This document shows, piece by piece, positions 20,438 to 30,011 of a DNA stretch of 64,000 nt. The first letter of the stretch is position 1. Each line of letters begins with the position of its first letter. The stretch spans positions 262,311 through 326,310 of the forward strand of contig JAGNJW010000001.1 of assembly GCA_018000455.1 (NCBI GenBank). The letters run 5' to 3'. The stretch comes from Acidobacteriota bacterium. GTDB lineage: Bacteria; Acidobacteriota; Vicinamibacteria; Vicinamibacterales; UBA2999. A program made the position numbers and the translations under genes. The notes under the pieces were generated by a model. It had not been told where the DNA came from, did no database searches, and was given only the letters and a program-made list of their open reading frames with translations.

Positions 20438-22984
20438 TTATCGCTGCCACAGGATTCGCGCCTCCTCCAGGGGCACCGCCACACCGGAGTGCTGCGGGAT
20501 CACTCGCACCGTGTAGTCTGACGCCGGGCGGATGGCAGGCACTCGCGCGCGATACAGCCAGCCGCCCGGCGCGCCCATCAGTGGCTGGCTCCGTGTCATT
20601 TCCTGCCGCACGGGACTGCCGCCGTTCACTCCGTCGGCATACACCTCGGCCCGCACCGCCTGCGGGGCGAGATCGTCGAGATAGACCTCCGCGTCGATGA
20701 CGTGCTGCTCGCATGTGGTTTCGACCGTCACGTCGCCGAAGCGTACGGCGGACCATGTCTGGTCGAGCGTGTGCTGCCAGGCGACCACATGCGTGCCCAC
20801 AGCGCCGTTGTCGGCAGCACGCTCACGGTAGGCTGCGGCAGCCGGAACGTAGTAGCGATCGGCGTACTCACGGACCGACCGGTTGGCGGAAAACCGCGGC
20901 GTCAGCCGGGCCATGCTCTCGCGGATGCGCGCGACCCAGGCCGTGGGAATGCCGTTCCGGTCGCGACGGTAGAACTCGGGAATCAGCTCCCCTTCGAGCA
21001 GGTCGTAGAGCGCCTCGGCCTCGGCTGCGTCCCAGGCCGGATCACCTCCGTGTTCCTGGCCCTCACCCAAGGCCCACCCGACTTCCGGCGTATAGGCTTC
21101 GGCCCACCAGCCGTCCAACACCGAGAGGTTGAGGCCTCCGTTGACGAGCACCTTCATGCCGCTGGTTCCACTGGCTTCCCACGGTCGCCGCGGGGTGTTG
21201 ATCCAGACATCAACTCCTTGCACCAAGTGCTCGGTCAAGAGCGTGTCGTAGTCACTGAGGAAGATCACATGGGGCCACGCCTCGGGCCGGCGGATGAAAC
21301 GTGTCCATTCCTGGATCAGGGCTCGCCCGGCTTGATCCGCCGGATGCGCCTTGCCGGCCAGGATCAGTTGCACAGGTCGCTCGCGATCGGATAACAGGCG
21401 AAGCAACCGGGCGGAGTCGTGCAACAGCAGGTTCGGCCGCTTGTACGTCGCGAAGCGGCGCGCAAAGCCCAGCGTCAATGCGCGGGGATCGAATAGTCGT
21501 TTCGCCTCCTCCACCGTCTGATGCGAGGCGCCGCCGCTGGCCAGTTGCTCGGACAACCGTTCGCGCGCGTACTCAACGAGGTGTTGGCGGCCGGCGGTGC
21601 GCAGTGCCCAGAGCCTGGCGTCTGGCAGACGGCGGATGTCCCGCTCCAGGGTCTCGGTCGTTTCCAGCCAGCGACGTTTTCCAGCGGCGTCTGTCCAGAG
21701 AACGTCGGCCGCCGCCGAATCCCAGGTCGGCATGTGGACGCCGTTGGTCACATGAGCGACTGGCACGTCCCCTTCCGGCCAGCGCGGAAAGAGAGGCTGG
21801 AAGAGACGTCGACTCACCGTCCCGTGCAAGCGACTGACACCATTGACGGCCCCGCTCCCGCGGATCGCCAGATACGCCATGTTGAAATCCTCCGTCGCAT
21901 CGTTCGGGTTCCGGCGGCCGAGGGCCAGCAGGTCGTGAAGCGCGACGCCAAGTTCGTTCCTGGCGTACCCGCCGAGATATTGCTCGACGAGGGCCGGAGG
22001 GAAGCGGTCGAACCCGGCGGCCACGGCCGTGTGCGTGGTGAAGAGATTGCCCGCCCGCGTCACGGCGAGTGCGACGTCGAAGGGCTGTCCCGTCTCGGTC
22101 ATGAAATACCGGGCGCGCTCCAACACCGCGAGCGCCGCATGGCCCTCGTTCAAGTGGCAGACCTCCGGTTGGATGCCGAGTGCGGCCAGCAGCCGCCACC
22201 CGCCGATTCCCAGTACCAGTTCCTGCATCAGCCGCAAATCCGGCCCGCCACCGTACAGCTCGCTGGTGATCCCTCGATCCGCGGGGATGTTTGCCGCATC
22301 GTTGCTGTCCAGCAGGTAGAGCTGCAGTCGACCCACCCTCACCTGCCACGTGCGCAGCCAGACCGTGCGACCGGGCAGCTCGAGCTCCAGCCTCAACCAT
22401 TCACCGTCTGGCTGACGCAACGGCGCGATCGGCAACTGGCCGGGATCGTTGTAGGGAAAGAGCGCCTCTTGCGCGCCGTGCCGGTCGATCACCTGTCGAA
22501 AATAGCCTTGCTGATAGAGCAGCCCCACGCCGACGATCGGCACGCCGAGATCGCTGGCGGATTTGAGTTGATCGCCGGCGACATTACCCAGCCCGCCGGA
22601 ATAAATCGGCAGCGCTCCACCCAGCATGAACTCCATGCAGAAATACGCTACACGCGTCAGACTGCTCCCCGTGTGAGCCGTCTGAAACCATGCTGGCGCC
22701 TCCGTTGCGCGCCGTTCCGATTGCACGAGGTCGTCGAGGGTGTTGACGAAGACGGGATCGGCCAGCGCGCGCCGGAGCCGCTCGCGGGAGACAGTCTGCA
22801 GGACGATCCAGGGATTCTGCGTGCGTGCCCACAGCGCGGGATCGAGCTGCTCCCAGATGTCGTCGGTGCAGTGGTTCCACGACCAGCGCAGGTCGAGGGC
22901 CAGCTCGACGAGCGCTTCCACGCCTTTGATGTCAGGGAGGAAATGAGGGGTGATCTGGTTGCTGGAGGATGCCTGTTCGCTCAC
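20438..22984 (-). CDS. glgP: alpha-glucan phosphorylase (GT35, DUF3417-type N-terminus)
   Basis: N-terminus LALDLRWSWNH...W (DUF3417), GGLGNVAGD, the SGTSGMK pyridoxal-phosphate lysine region and DGWW. The GTG start overlaps the upstream stop (GTGA). Confidence 0.9.
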   Translation of the reverse strand: MSEQASSSNQITPHFLPDIKGVEALVELALDLRWSWNHCTDDIWEQLDPALWARTQNPWIVLQTVSRERLRRALADPVFVNTLDDLVQSERRATEAPAWFQTAHTGSSLTRVAYFCMEFMLGGALPIYSGGLGNVAGDQLKSASDLGVPIVGVGLLYQQGYFRQVIDRHGAQEALFPYNDPGQLPIAPLRQPDGEWLRLELELPGRTVWLRTWQVRVGRLQLYLLDSNDAANIPADRGITSELYGGGPDLRLMQELVLGIGGWRLLAALGIQPEVCHLNEGHAALAVLERARYFMTETGQPFDVALAVTRAGNLFTTHTAVAAGFDRFPPALVEQYLGGYARNELGVALHDLLALGRRNPNDATEDFNMAYLAIRGSGAVNGVSRLHGTVSRRLFQPLFPRWPEGDVPVAHVTNGVHMPTWDSAAADVLWTDAAGKRRWLETTETLERDIRRLPDARLWALRTAGRQHLVEYARERLSEQLASGGASHQTVEEAKRLFDPRALTLGFARRFATYKRPNLLLHDSARLLRLLSDRERPVQLILAGKAHPADQAGRALIQEWTRFIRRPEAWPHVIFLSDYDTLLTEHLVQGVDVWINTPRRPWEASGTSGMKVLVNGGLNLSVLDGWWAEAYTPEVGWALGEGQEHGGDPAWDAAEAEALYDLLEGELIPEFYRRDRNGIPTAWVARIRESMARLTPRFSANRSVREYADRYYVPAAAAYRERAADNGAVGTHVVAWQHTLDQTWSAVRFGDVTVETTCEQHVIDAEVYLDDLAPQAVRAEVYADGVNGGSPVRQEMTRSQPLMGAPGGWLYRARVPAIRPASDYTVRVIPQHSGVAVPLEEARILWQR

Positions 22985-23337
22985 CGGTTCACCTTCGGGG
23001 CAGGGCGGCCCGCATCATCGGTTAGCGGCGCCGCTAGTACCTCGAGGGCACTGGCACGGGCCGGCACGGAGCGCGCATGCGTGTCGATGCCGAGAGTCAG
23101 CGGGCCATCGATCGAATGCTCCACGCGATACAGGCAGATGGCCTGACTGATGGCCAGGATGTGGTCTTCGTCGAACGCCGCGTCGAGTGCGGACCCACGA
23201 TGATCCGAGGTGCCGAACGCCACCCGTTGTCCCCGTACCGACGGATCAGAGGTGTCGGTATAGCAAACCGTGATGAGCTTCGGCACGTTCACCAGCATCG
23301 CTGGCGTGGGCTTGCCTGCGAGAGGGCTTGCCGTCAT
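22981..23337 (-). pseudogene. pgm: phosphoglucomutase N-terminal remnant (~100 of ~545 aa)
   Basis: Collinear with the E. coli Pgm N-terminus from recall (AGKP...LVNVPKLIT.Y, FGTSDHRGS, HILAISQAI, GIDTHA.S.PA..SALEVLAA). It then diverges and stops. The TPSHNP phosphoserine loop and domains II-IV are absent. Confidence 0.7.
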
Positions 23338-23516
23338 GAGGAAAGCTCAAGGTCGATCTCACGGTACCACGCGGCCGGGTCTGCCTTCAATGGGGCCAGC
23401 GCACCGGGCACCTCGAGCGTCTCCCACTCTTCGTCCTGCTCGAGGCCCTGGGCGCGAAGAACAACCACAACTGCCGCGCCTGCAAGTGGCCCCACAATCT
23501 CGGATACTCTGAGCAC

Positions 23517-24305
23517 GTGTTCAATCGACGCGATTTCCTCGGGGGCGCCGTGGGTGGTGCGGCCGCCGGCGCCGCGGCCGTCGTGCTCACCGGCGCGGCG
23601 CGGCCCGAGCCTCCACCGCCAGCGCCCGCACCCGCAACTCCGCCACCGGCACTGCCGGAGCACGCGCGCCTGAGCTTCTCGCAGCAGGGCGAGGATATCG
23701 TCCTGTTCCATGTGCTGCACGAGCTGATGAAGATCGCGTCACCCACCTACCTGGACGTCGGTGCCGCGTATCCGGTGCGTGGCAACAACACCTACCTGCT
23801 CTACACGACCGGCGCGCGCGGCGTGTTGGTCGAGCCGAATCCGACGCTCGCCGCGCAGCTGCGAAGTCAGCGCCCACGCGACACCGTAGTCGAAGCGGGG
23901 ATTGGTGTGGCCAACGCCGTCGAGGCCGACTATTTCCAGATCAAAGGCAATGCGATGCTCAACACGTTCTCGACCGAGCAGGTCGCCCATCTGCAGCGGG
24001 GCAAGACCGAGAGCGTCGTCGAGCGGGTGGTGAAGATGCCGCTACTGAACATCAATCAGGTGATCCAGGACCACTTGGGACGGGCGCCCGATCTGCTGTC
24101 CACGGACGTCGAAGGCTTGGACGACGCCATCATCCGAACCCTCGAGCTGTCACGATTTCGTCCCGCGGCCATCTGCGCCGAAGGGATTGCGACGATGAAG
24201 TCGGGCCGGTCGTCCAGGATGACCCGGTACCTTGCGGCGCAAGGCTACATTCCCCGCGGCGGGTCGCTGTACAACACCATCTACGTGGATGCGCGACGGC
24301 TCTGA
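23517..24305 (+). CDS. FkbM-family methyltransferase with Tat-like N-terminal signal
   Basis: GTG start. FNRRDFLGGAVGGAAAGAAAV twin-arginine motif, a Pro/Ala linker, then an FkbM-type core (SFSQQGEDIVL, LDVGAAYPVRGNNTY, VLVEPNP, LLSTDVEGLD). Confidence 0.75.
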   Translation: MFNRRDFLGGAVGGAAAGAAAVVLTGAARPEPPPPAPAPATPPPALPEHARLSFSQQGEDIVLFHVLHELMKIASPTYLDVGAAYPVRGNNTYLLYTTGARGVLVEPNPTLAAQLRSQRPRDTVVEAGIGVANAVEADYFQIKGNAMLNTFSTEQVAHLQRGKTESVVERVVKMPLLNINQVIQDHLGRAPDLLSTDVEGLDDAIIRTLELSRFRPAAICAEGIATMKSGRSSRMTRYLAAQGYIPRGGSLYNTIYVDARRL

Positions 24306-24315
24306 GCAAGGGAAC

Positions 24316-24798
24316 ATGGACATGAAGCCAAAGAATACGCTCTGCCTCTGGTTCGACAAGGACGCGCATGACGCAGCGTGCTTCTATGCCGCGACGTTTC
24401 CGGATAGTTACGTGGCCGCGGTTCACAAGGCACCAGGCGACTACCCGAGCGGCAAGGCAGGCGATGTGCTCACGGTGGAGTTCACCGTTCTCGGCATTCC
24501 CTGTCTTGGTCTCAACGGCGGCCCGAACTTCAAGCACAGCGAGGCGTTTTCCTTTCAGATCGCGACGGACACGCAGGAAGAGACCGACCGCTACTGGAAC
24601 GCGATCGTCGGCAATGGCGGCACGGAGAGCGCCTGCGGTTGGTGCAAGGACCGCTGGGGCCTGTCCTGGCAGATCACCACGCGCGCGCTGACCGACGCCC
24701 TGGCGGCCGGCGGCGCCGAGGCCACGCGCGCTTTCGCCGCGATGATGACGATGCAGAAGATCGACGTTGCCGCCATCGAAGCGGCGCGGCGGGGCTGA
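24316..24798 (+). CDS. VOC/glyoxalase-fold protein (PhnB / 3-demethylubiquinone-9 3-methyltransferase-domain family)
   Basis: MDMKPKNTLCLWFDKDA..AA.FY...F, FTVLGIPCLGLNGGP.FKHSEAFSF and CGWCKDRWGLSWQI are typical of this family. Confidence 0.75.
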   Translation: MDMKPKNTLCLWFDKDAHDAACFYAATFPDSYVAAVHKAPGDYPSGKAGDVLTVEFTVLGIPCLGLNGGPNFKHSEAFSFQIATDTQEETDRYWNAIVGNGGTESACGWCKDRWGLSWQITTRALTDALAAGGAEATRAFAAMMTMQKIDVAAIEAARRG

Positions 24799-24908
24799 GC
24801 CGTCGGGCCGGCATGCGTTGGCACGCAGATGCTCGATGTGTCCGGGATTGGGCCACGCCCCACCGGCCGATAGCCAGGAAACGCTTGGGCGTACCCTCAA
24901 GCCGAGCC

Positions 24909-26159
24909 CTATTGTTCGCGGCTCAGGAACGAGCCGGCCTTCAACGCGAAGGTCGCCGCCAGTTCCGGAGAATCGTCCCTTCCCACGACTCGCTTGGCGA
25001 CGTAGTCGCCCATGACGATCCCGTGTTTGTATCCGTGGCCGGATCCGCCGCCGACCAGCCACACGTTGCTCAGTTCTGGATGTGGGGTGACGATGAAGTG
25101 CTGGTCGACGCTGTCTTCGCGCTGGCAGATCTTGCATTCGACCAGCGGCTGATTGGCGAGCGCAGGGAACCATTTCGTGGCAAACGCTCGCCCCTTCCGC
25201 AGCTCCTCGGCCGTCGGCGCGTGTTCCTGCGTGTCGGGGTCCACCAGCAGGCGATCGAAGGTCGGGGCCATCTTGAACCCCTGGCCTTCGATGCTCGGAA
25301 ACCCGTAGGCGTTGTCGACAGACCAGGTGGGGAAGTTGGGGTACGTGAAGCGCTCGTCGCCGGGCGGCGTGCCGTAGAAGAACACCACGCGCCTGGGCGT
25401 TTCGAGCTTGCCTTTCATCACCGCCGGGAAGATCTTCGGGAGCCACGGCCCGCACGCGAACACGAACGTCTGCGCCGCGATGCGCTGACCGGTTGAGGTC
25501 GTGACGTCCTGTAACGTGCCGCCGGCGCTTCGGCCCAGCTCCACCTTGGCGGTGAGGGACCTGCCGCCCTTGTTCTCGAACGCCTGCGCCACCGCCACGC
25601 AGCCTTCGCGCGCCTTCAACACGCCCGTGCTCGGCGTCTGCATCGCGAAATCGATGGTCTGCAGATTCATCTGCGGGTACTGACGCACCAGGTCGTCGTG
25701 TTTGATGACCTCGTACTTCACCCCCAGCTTGTCGAATACCGTCCTGGTGTCGCTCAGCTCTTTGGTCCACGCGCGCGCCAATGACAACTGGCCGGTCTGG
25801 TAGAAGAGCTTCTTGCCCCACTCGGCCTCTCGAGCGGTCCAGCGGTCGAAGGCCTGGAGGACCCACCGCGTGTAGATGTCGCGCTCACCGTAGACCGCTC
25901 GAATCTGGCGCGTCTCGCCGCCCGAAGTGGACCGCGAATTACCGGGGCCGTACTGGTCGATCAGCGTGACCGTGAAGCCCATCTCCCGGAGGTAGAGCGC
26001 AGTCCACCCCCCGAAGGCGCCGGCACCGACCACGACGATCTCCGGGCTACCAGTGGCGATCGTCCTCTGGCTTGCGACCACCCGGTCAGCACCGAGCGCC
26101 AGCGCGCCGGCACCTGCGCCGGCGGTCGTGAGGAACCTGCGTCGATTCAGGGACGTCAT
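24909..26159 (-). CDS. FAD-dependent oxidoreductase (DAO/sarcosine-oxidase-like) with Tat signal
   Basis: NRRRFLTTAGAGAGALALGA twin-arginine signal. VVVGAGAFGGWTALYL dinucleotide-binding motif. GGGSGHGYKHG near the C-terminus. Confidence 0.85.
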   Translation of the reverse strand: MTSLNRRRFLTTAGAGAGALALGADRVVASQRTIATGSPEIVVVGAGAFGGWTALYLREMGFTVTLIDQYGPGNSRSTSGGETRQIRAVYGERDIYTRWVLQAFDRWTAREAEWGKKLFYQTGQLSLARAWTKELSDTRTVFDKLGVKYEVIKHDDLVRQYPQMNLQTIDFAMQTPSTGVLKAREGCVAVAQAFENKGGRSLTAKVELGRSAGGTLQDVTTSTGQRIAAQTFVFACGPWLPKIFPAVMKGKLETPRRVVFFYGTPPGDERFTYPNFPTWSVDNAYGFPSIEGQGFKMAPTFDRLLVDPDTQEHAPTAEELRKGRAFATKWFPALANQPLVECKICQREDSVDQHFIVTPHPELSNVWLVGGGSGHGYKHGIVMGDYVAKRVVGRDDSPELAATFALKAGSFLSREQ

Positions 26160-26463
26160 GTGTGTCTCCTACGACGGCCACTCTACTACGGCGGGACGGG
26201 CGCGGGCCGCCGTCGGTGCCGGTCGAAGTTCGACAGAGCGCGGACGGACAGGCGGCCTACCACTGGATCTCCCGCGCGGCGCTCCGCGTGTCACTGCGGG
26301 TCACACTGGCGATGTGGCCACCGGCCAGCCGCATCAGTTTCCGATCATGCTACACCTCCTCCGTTGGCCGAGGCGGTCGTCGCGGTGGTGCGGAGATCAA
26401 ACACCGATTGCGGCTATGCTTTCAGCAGCGACGCCGATACGCTCCATTCCTGAAGGAACATCC

Positions 26464-26949
26464 ATGCCGCGACTCACTTCTGTCCGACTGATCCCTGCTC
26501 TGCTCGTGAGCGTGATGGCGTTCACCGCCGCCCCCCAGGCCCAGGCCCCTGCCGCCCCAGCCCCGCAGGCGCTCACGTACGAGATGGCCGTGCAGGTGAT
26601 CGACGCCGCCGAGGCCGAAGCGCGAGCCAACAAGTGGAACGTGACCATTGTCGTGACCGACGCGGCCGGCGTGCCGGTGGTGCTGCGCCGCCTGACCGGC
26701 GCCAGCCCGCGCTCCTACGACATCGCCACGCGCAAGGCCGCGACCGTCGTGGCCTCGAAGTTGACGACGGCGGAATACGGCGCCCAGCTGAAGAACAAGG
26801 CCGTCACGGAAGTGCCGAACGGTATCACCTTCGCCGGAGGCGTGCCGATCATGCGCGGCGCGGAGTTCCTCGGCGCAGTGGGCACCAGCGGCGTCACCGC
26901 CGCACAGGATGAGATCATCTCGAAATCCGGCGCGGCCGTCATCAAGTAG
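26464..26949 (+). CDS. GlcG/HbpS-like (DUF336) haem-binding-type protein, exported
   Basis: Signal peptide, then the DUF336 pattern (A.A.A.ANKWNVTIVVTDAAG, SYDIATRKAATV, GGVPI...G..LGAVGTSGVTAAQDE). Confidence 0.8.
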   Translation: MPRLTSVRLIPALLVSVMAFTAAPQAQAPAAPAPQALTYEMAVQVIDAAEAEARANKWNVTIVVTDAAGVPVVLRRLTGASPRSYDIATRKAATVVASKLTTAEYGAQLKNKAVTEVPNGITFAGGVPIMRGAEFLGAVGTSGVTAAQDEIISKSGAAVIK

Positions 26950-27144
26950 CGCGCACGACGGCTGGCGCCGCGGCGCTAGGAATCCCAGAACACCAGTCGC
27001 CAGTACGGCGACGAAGCCGCAGAATCGCTGACGGCAGCGGGCTTTCTTTGCGGCCAACTTCCGGTTGACAGCTATGGGCGGTCTGCCAAGCTCTTCACCG
27101 CACACGCCGGCGGAGTGGTCCAGATTTCGAGCGGCGCGAGGTAT

Positions 27145-27606
27145 ATGATGCCGCTCATGATGACACGCCGGGACGCCGTCGCTTCACTCGCCCTGTTCAC
27201 TGAACTTGTCGCCTCGAGCCGCCAGGCAGAGGCACAAGGCCAGGCCTCACCTGTCGCGCCTCGTCCACCTGTGTTCGTCCAGGATCTTCCGAGCATCGCA
27301 CTGGATGGGTGGGAGGTGACCGTGAGTCACGTCGACTACGCACCGGGACGCGTCGGCGCCGTGCACCACCACGCGGGGTTCGTGCTCGCGTACGTGCTCG
27401 AAGGCTCCGTTGTGGCGAAGGTCTCTGGCCAGGGTGACGAGAAGATCTACAACGTGGGTCAGATGTTCTACGAGCAGCCAGGGGCAACGCACGAGGTGTC
27501 GAGGAATGCGAGTCAGACGGCACCGGCAAAGCTGCTGGCGATGATCTTCGCGAAGAAGGGGGCGACACTGACGACTCCCGGCCGGGCGAAGCAGGGCGAC
27601 GCGTAG
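27145..27606 (+). CDS. cupin-domain protein, probably exported (TRRDAV Tat-like motif)
   Basis: Cupin core: VDYAPGRVGAVHHHAGFVLAYVLEGSV...GQMFYEQPGATHEV. Several in-frame ATGs lie between 27115 and 27160, so the start is uncertain. Confidence 0.7.
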   Translation: MMPLMMTRRDAVASLALFTELVASSRQAEAQGQASPVAPRPPVFVQDLPSIALDGWEVTVSHVDYAPGRVGAVHHHAGFVLAYVLEGSVVAKVSGQGDEKIYNVGQMFYEQPGATHEVSRNASQTAPAKLLAMIFAKKGATLTTPGRAKQGDA

Positions 27607-27624
27607 TTCGGTGATGCTCCGGGT

Positions 27625-29973
27625 TCACACGCGGAAGAAGCGCGTCACCTTGACCACGAAGGCCCGGTTCTTGAGTCCCGGGTACCCGCGGCCCGCGGTG
27701 TCGCGCTCGTCGGTATACACCACGAAGAGCTCGCTGCCCAGCTTGTACTCCCAGCGGTAGCGCACATTCGTGCTGACGCTCTTGTCGATGGAGTTGTACT
27801 GCACGAGCGCGCTGGCGAACATCCTCGGAGAGAACGCATAGTCGGCCCGCGTGCGCAGCAGCGTCGTGGTGAAGCTCGCCCGTGGCAGCTCCACGTGCGT
27901 GCACTGGACGGTGGGCTCGAGCGAGAACCGCTCGAGCAGCGACACGCGCGCGGCCGTGTAGGTCAGGGAGCGGATGGTGCCGTTCCAGAACCCGCCGATC
28001 TGCGCGCCGAGGGTGCCGGCGATGCGGCGCTGCGCGCCCAGCGCGTAGGCCACCTGCACGTCATCGAAGGAGTAGCTGCCGGGCGGTATCGCCACGCCCG
28101 TGACGACCTCGAACGGCCGCACCAGCATCTCGTAGTCGCGCGTGGCCTCCACGGTCAGGACATCGCTGTTCTCGAGCTCCGCGCTGAACTTGCCGACCTG
28201 CACGCGCGTCTCGAGCGCGCCGGCGCTGCTCGCCAGGTGCTCCAGGTCGGCCTGCCAGGTGAGCTTCCGCACGCCCTTCAGGTTCTGGGGGCGCGGACTG
28301 AAGCGCAACGATACGAAGCCGCGGCGGAAGTTGTCGCGCGGGACGAATCCGATTTCGGGGTTGAAGTCGTCGCCCACGTCCAGGTACTCGACGCGCGCCC
28401 CGTAGCGGTCGGCGAAGTAGTCGAAGCGCCCCTGGAAGCTGTCGTCGTCGCCCTCGCGCCCGTCGGTCCGGGTGCGCGCGTAGTAGCCGCCCACCGTGAG
28501 GTTCTCGAAGAAGCCGAACGCCGCGTCCATGCCGTAGGCCTGGTTCGACCCCGGCGTCACGTTCGACGCAGACCGACTGGTGAACATCCCGCCGATCGTG
28601 CTCTTCTTGAGGATGTCGCGCTTCACTCGGAGCACGGTGAAGTTCGTCGACGGCGTGGCCGATACGGCCTCGCGGTCGCCCTGGATGTTCAGCAGGCCGA
28701 CGCCGAACTTCCCCAGCTTGCCGGTGACGCGCGCGCCCGCCTCGATGGGCACCACGCTGCCCCGATTCAATCCGATGCGGCGGCTGTAGAACAGAAAGGG
28801 CGTGGACGACGCCGCGTTGAACGCGCTCGACAGTCCGCCGCTGCCACCGCCGGTGGCGCCACCCCGGCCGAAGTCGAAGATGCCACGGCCTTCGAGAAAA
28901 AAGTCCCGCTTCTCTGGAAAGAACAGGCCGAAGCGCGTCAGGTTCACCTGCTGTTCGTCCACCTCCACCTGCGCGAAGTCGGTGTTGTAGGTGAGGTCGG
29001 CGACGAGGTTCGCGGTGATGCCGTACTTCACGTCGAGGCCGGCCTGTGCCTCGAGGTCGTTCGACACGAGCGGCATCCGCAGACGATCGGTGGTCGAGCG
29101 GCCGAAGACGTACGGCTTGATCTCGAAGGTTCGCCCCGCGGCCGGTACGTCGATGCCCGTGGCGCTGCCGTACAGCGACACGCGGCTGAGTCCTGGGGAC
29201 CCGCCCATCGAGGCGGGCAATTTCGTGAGAAACGCCCACTCGTTCTTACGCCGGATGGAGCGGCGCACTTGGAAGCCCCATGTCTGATCGCGTCCGCCGG
29301 TGAAGCGCAGTGACTTGAAGGGGATGACCATCTCCATGGTCCAGCCGCCGACGAAGCGCCCCGTGCGCACGTTCCACACCGGATTCCAGTCGCCGTTGGG
29401 CTGTCCCTCGTCGATGATCGAATAGTCGGAGAACGCGCCGAGCGGGTTGGCGTAGAACATGAAGCCGCTGCGCCGGTCGTAGAAGGTGTCGAAGCCCACG
29501 CCGATATGGTCGTTCTGCCTGAGGGGCGCGCTGTCGCGGCGGTATTCATTGGCCACCCAGCGCTCGGGAGGCGCCGAGTCGTGGACACGGGCGCCCACGT
29601 AGATGTTGTCGTCGTCGAACATCAGCCAGAGATCGGTGGCTTCAGAGGCGGGTTCGCCGGTGGCCGGTACGGCCTGGATGAGGTCGCCGAAGGGCTGGTT
29701 GTCGGCATACACCAGCTCGTCGAGCTTGCCGTCGATCGCCAAGGGGACGCTCAGCCGGATAGCGCGGACCGTGGCGTGCCCGGCCGCATCGCGGGCGATC
29801 GTCGCGGGCGCTACCGGCGCCGCGGGCCCATCGATGGCCGCGGGCTCGCGGGCGCCCGACTCTTCCTGTGCCCGCGCCATTGAGTGACCGCCGCCGAGCA
29901 CGCACGCGGCCGCGAGCAGAGGGACGAATCTTGGCATGGGAAGAAACGAGCCTAGCCGAGGTCGCCGTGGCAT
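27625..29973 (-). CDS. CBM9-like + DUF5916 domain outer-membrane/secreted protein
   Basis: IDGKLDELVYADNQPFGDLIQ...DLWLMFDDDNIYVGARVHDS (carbohydrate-binding family 9-like), followed by a long beta-rich region ending in an aromatic residue (RFFRV). Alternative starts at 29937 or 30105. Confidence 0.75.
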   Translation of the reverse strand: MPRRPRLGSFLPMPRFVPLLAAACVLGGGHSMARAQEESGAREPAAIDGPAAPVAPATIARDAAGHATVRAIRLSVPLAIDGKLDELVYADNQPFGDLIQAVPATGEPASEATDLWLMFDDDNIYVGARVHDSAPPERWVANEYRRDSAPLRQNDHIGVGFDTFYDRRSGFMFYANPLGAFSDYSIIDEGQPNGDWNPVWNVRTGRFVGGWTMEMVIPFKSLRFTGGRDQTWGFQVRRSIRRKNEWAFLTKLPASMGGSPGLSRVSLYGSATGIDVPAAGRTFEIKPYVFGRSTTDRLRMPLVSNDLEAQAGLDVKYGITANLVADLTYNTDFAQVEVDEQQVNLTRFGLFFPEKRDFFLEGRGIFDFGRGGATGGGSGGLSSAFNAASSTPFLFYSRRIGLNRGSVVPIEAGARVTGKLGKFGVGLLNIQGDREAVSATPSTNFTVLRVKRDILKKSTIGGMFTSRSASNVTPGSNQAYGMDAAFGFFENLTVGGYYARTRTDGREGDDDSFQGRFDYFADRYGARVEYLDVGDDFNPEIGFVPRDNFRRGFVSLRFSPRPQNLKGVRKLTWQADLEHLASSAGALETRVQVGKFSAELENSDVLTVEATRDYEMLVRPFEVVTGVAIPPGSYSFDDVQVAYALGAQRRIAGTLGAQIGGFWNGTIRSLTYTAARVSLLERFSLEPTVQCTHVELPRASFTTTLLRTRADYAFSPRMFASALVQYNSIDKSVSTNVRYRWEYKLGSELFVVYTDERDTAGRGYPGLKNRAFVVKVTRFFRV

Positions 29974-30011
29974 GCGGGGGATTGTAGTGTGGGCGGGCGA
30001 CATGGACTTGC

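Noticed and set aside
23334-23720. Minus-strand ORF across the pgm-remnant / FkbM divergent region.
   Set aside because: It is antisense to the FkbM Tat-signal and Pro/Ala linker, its composition is low in complexity, and it has no motif support.
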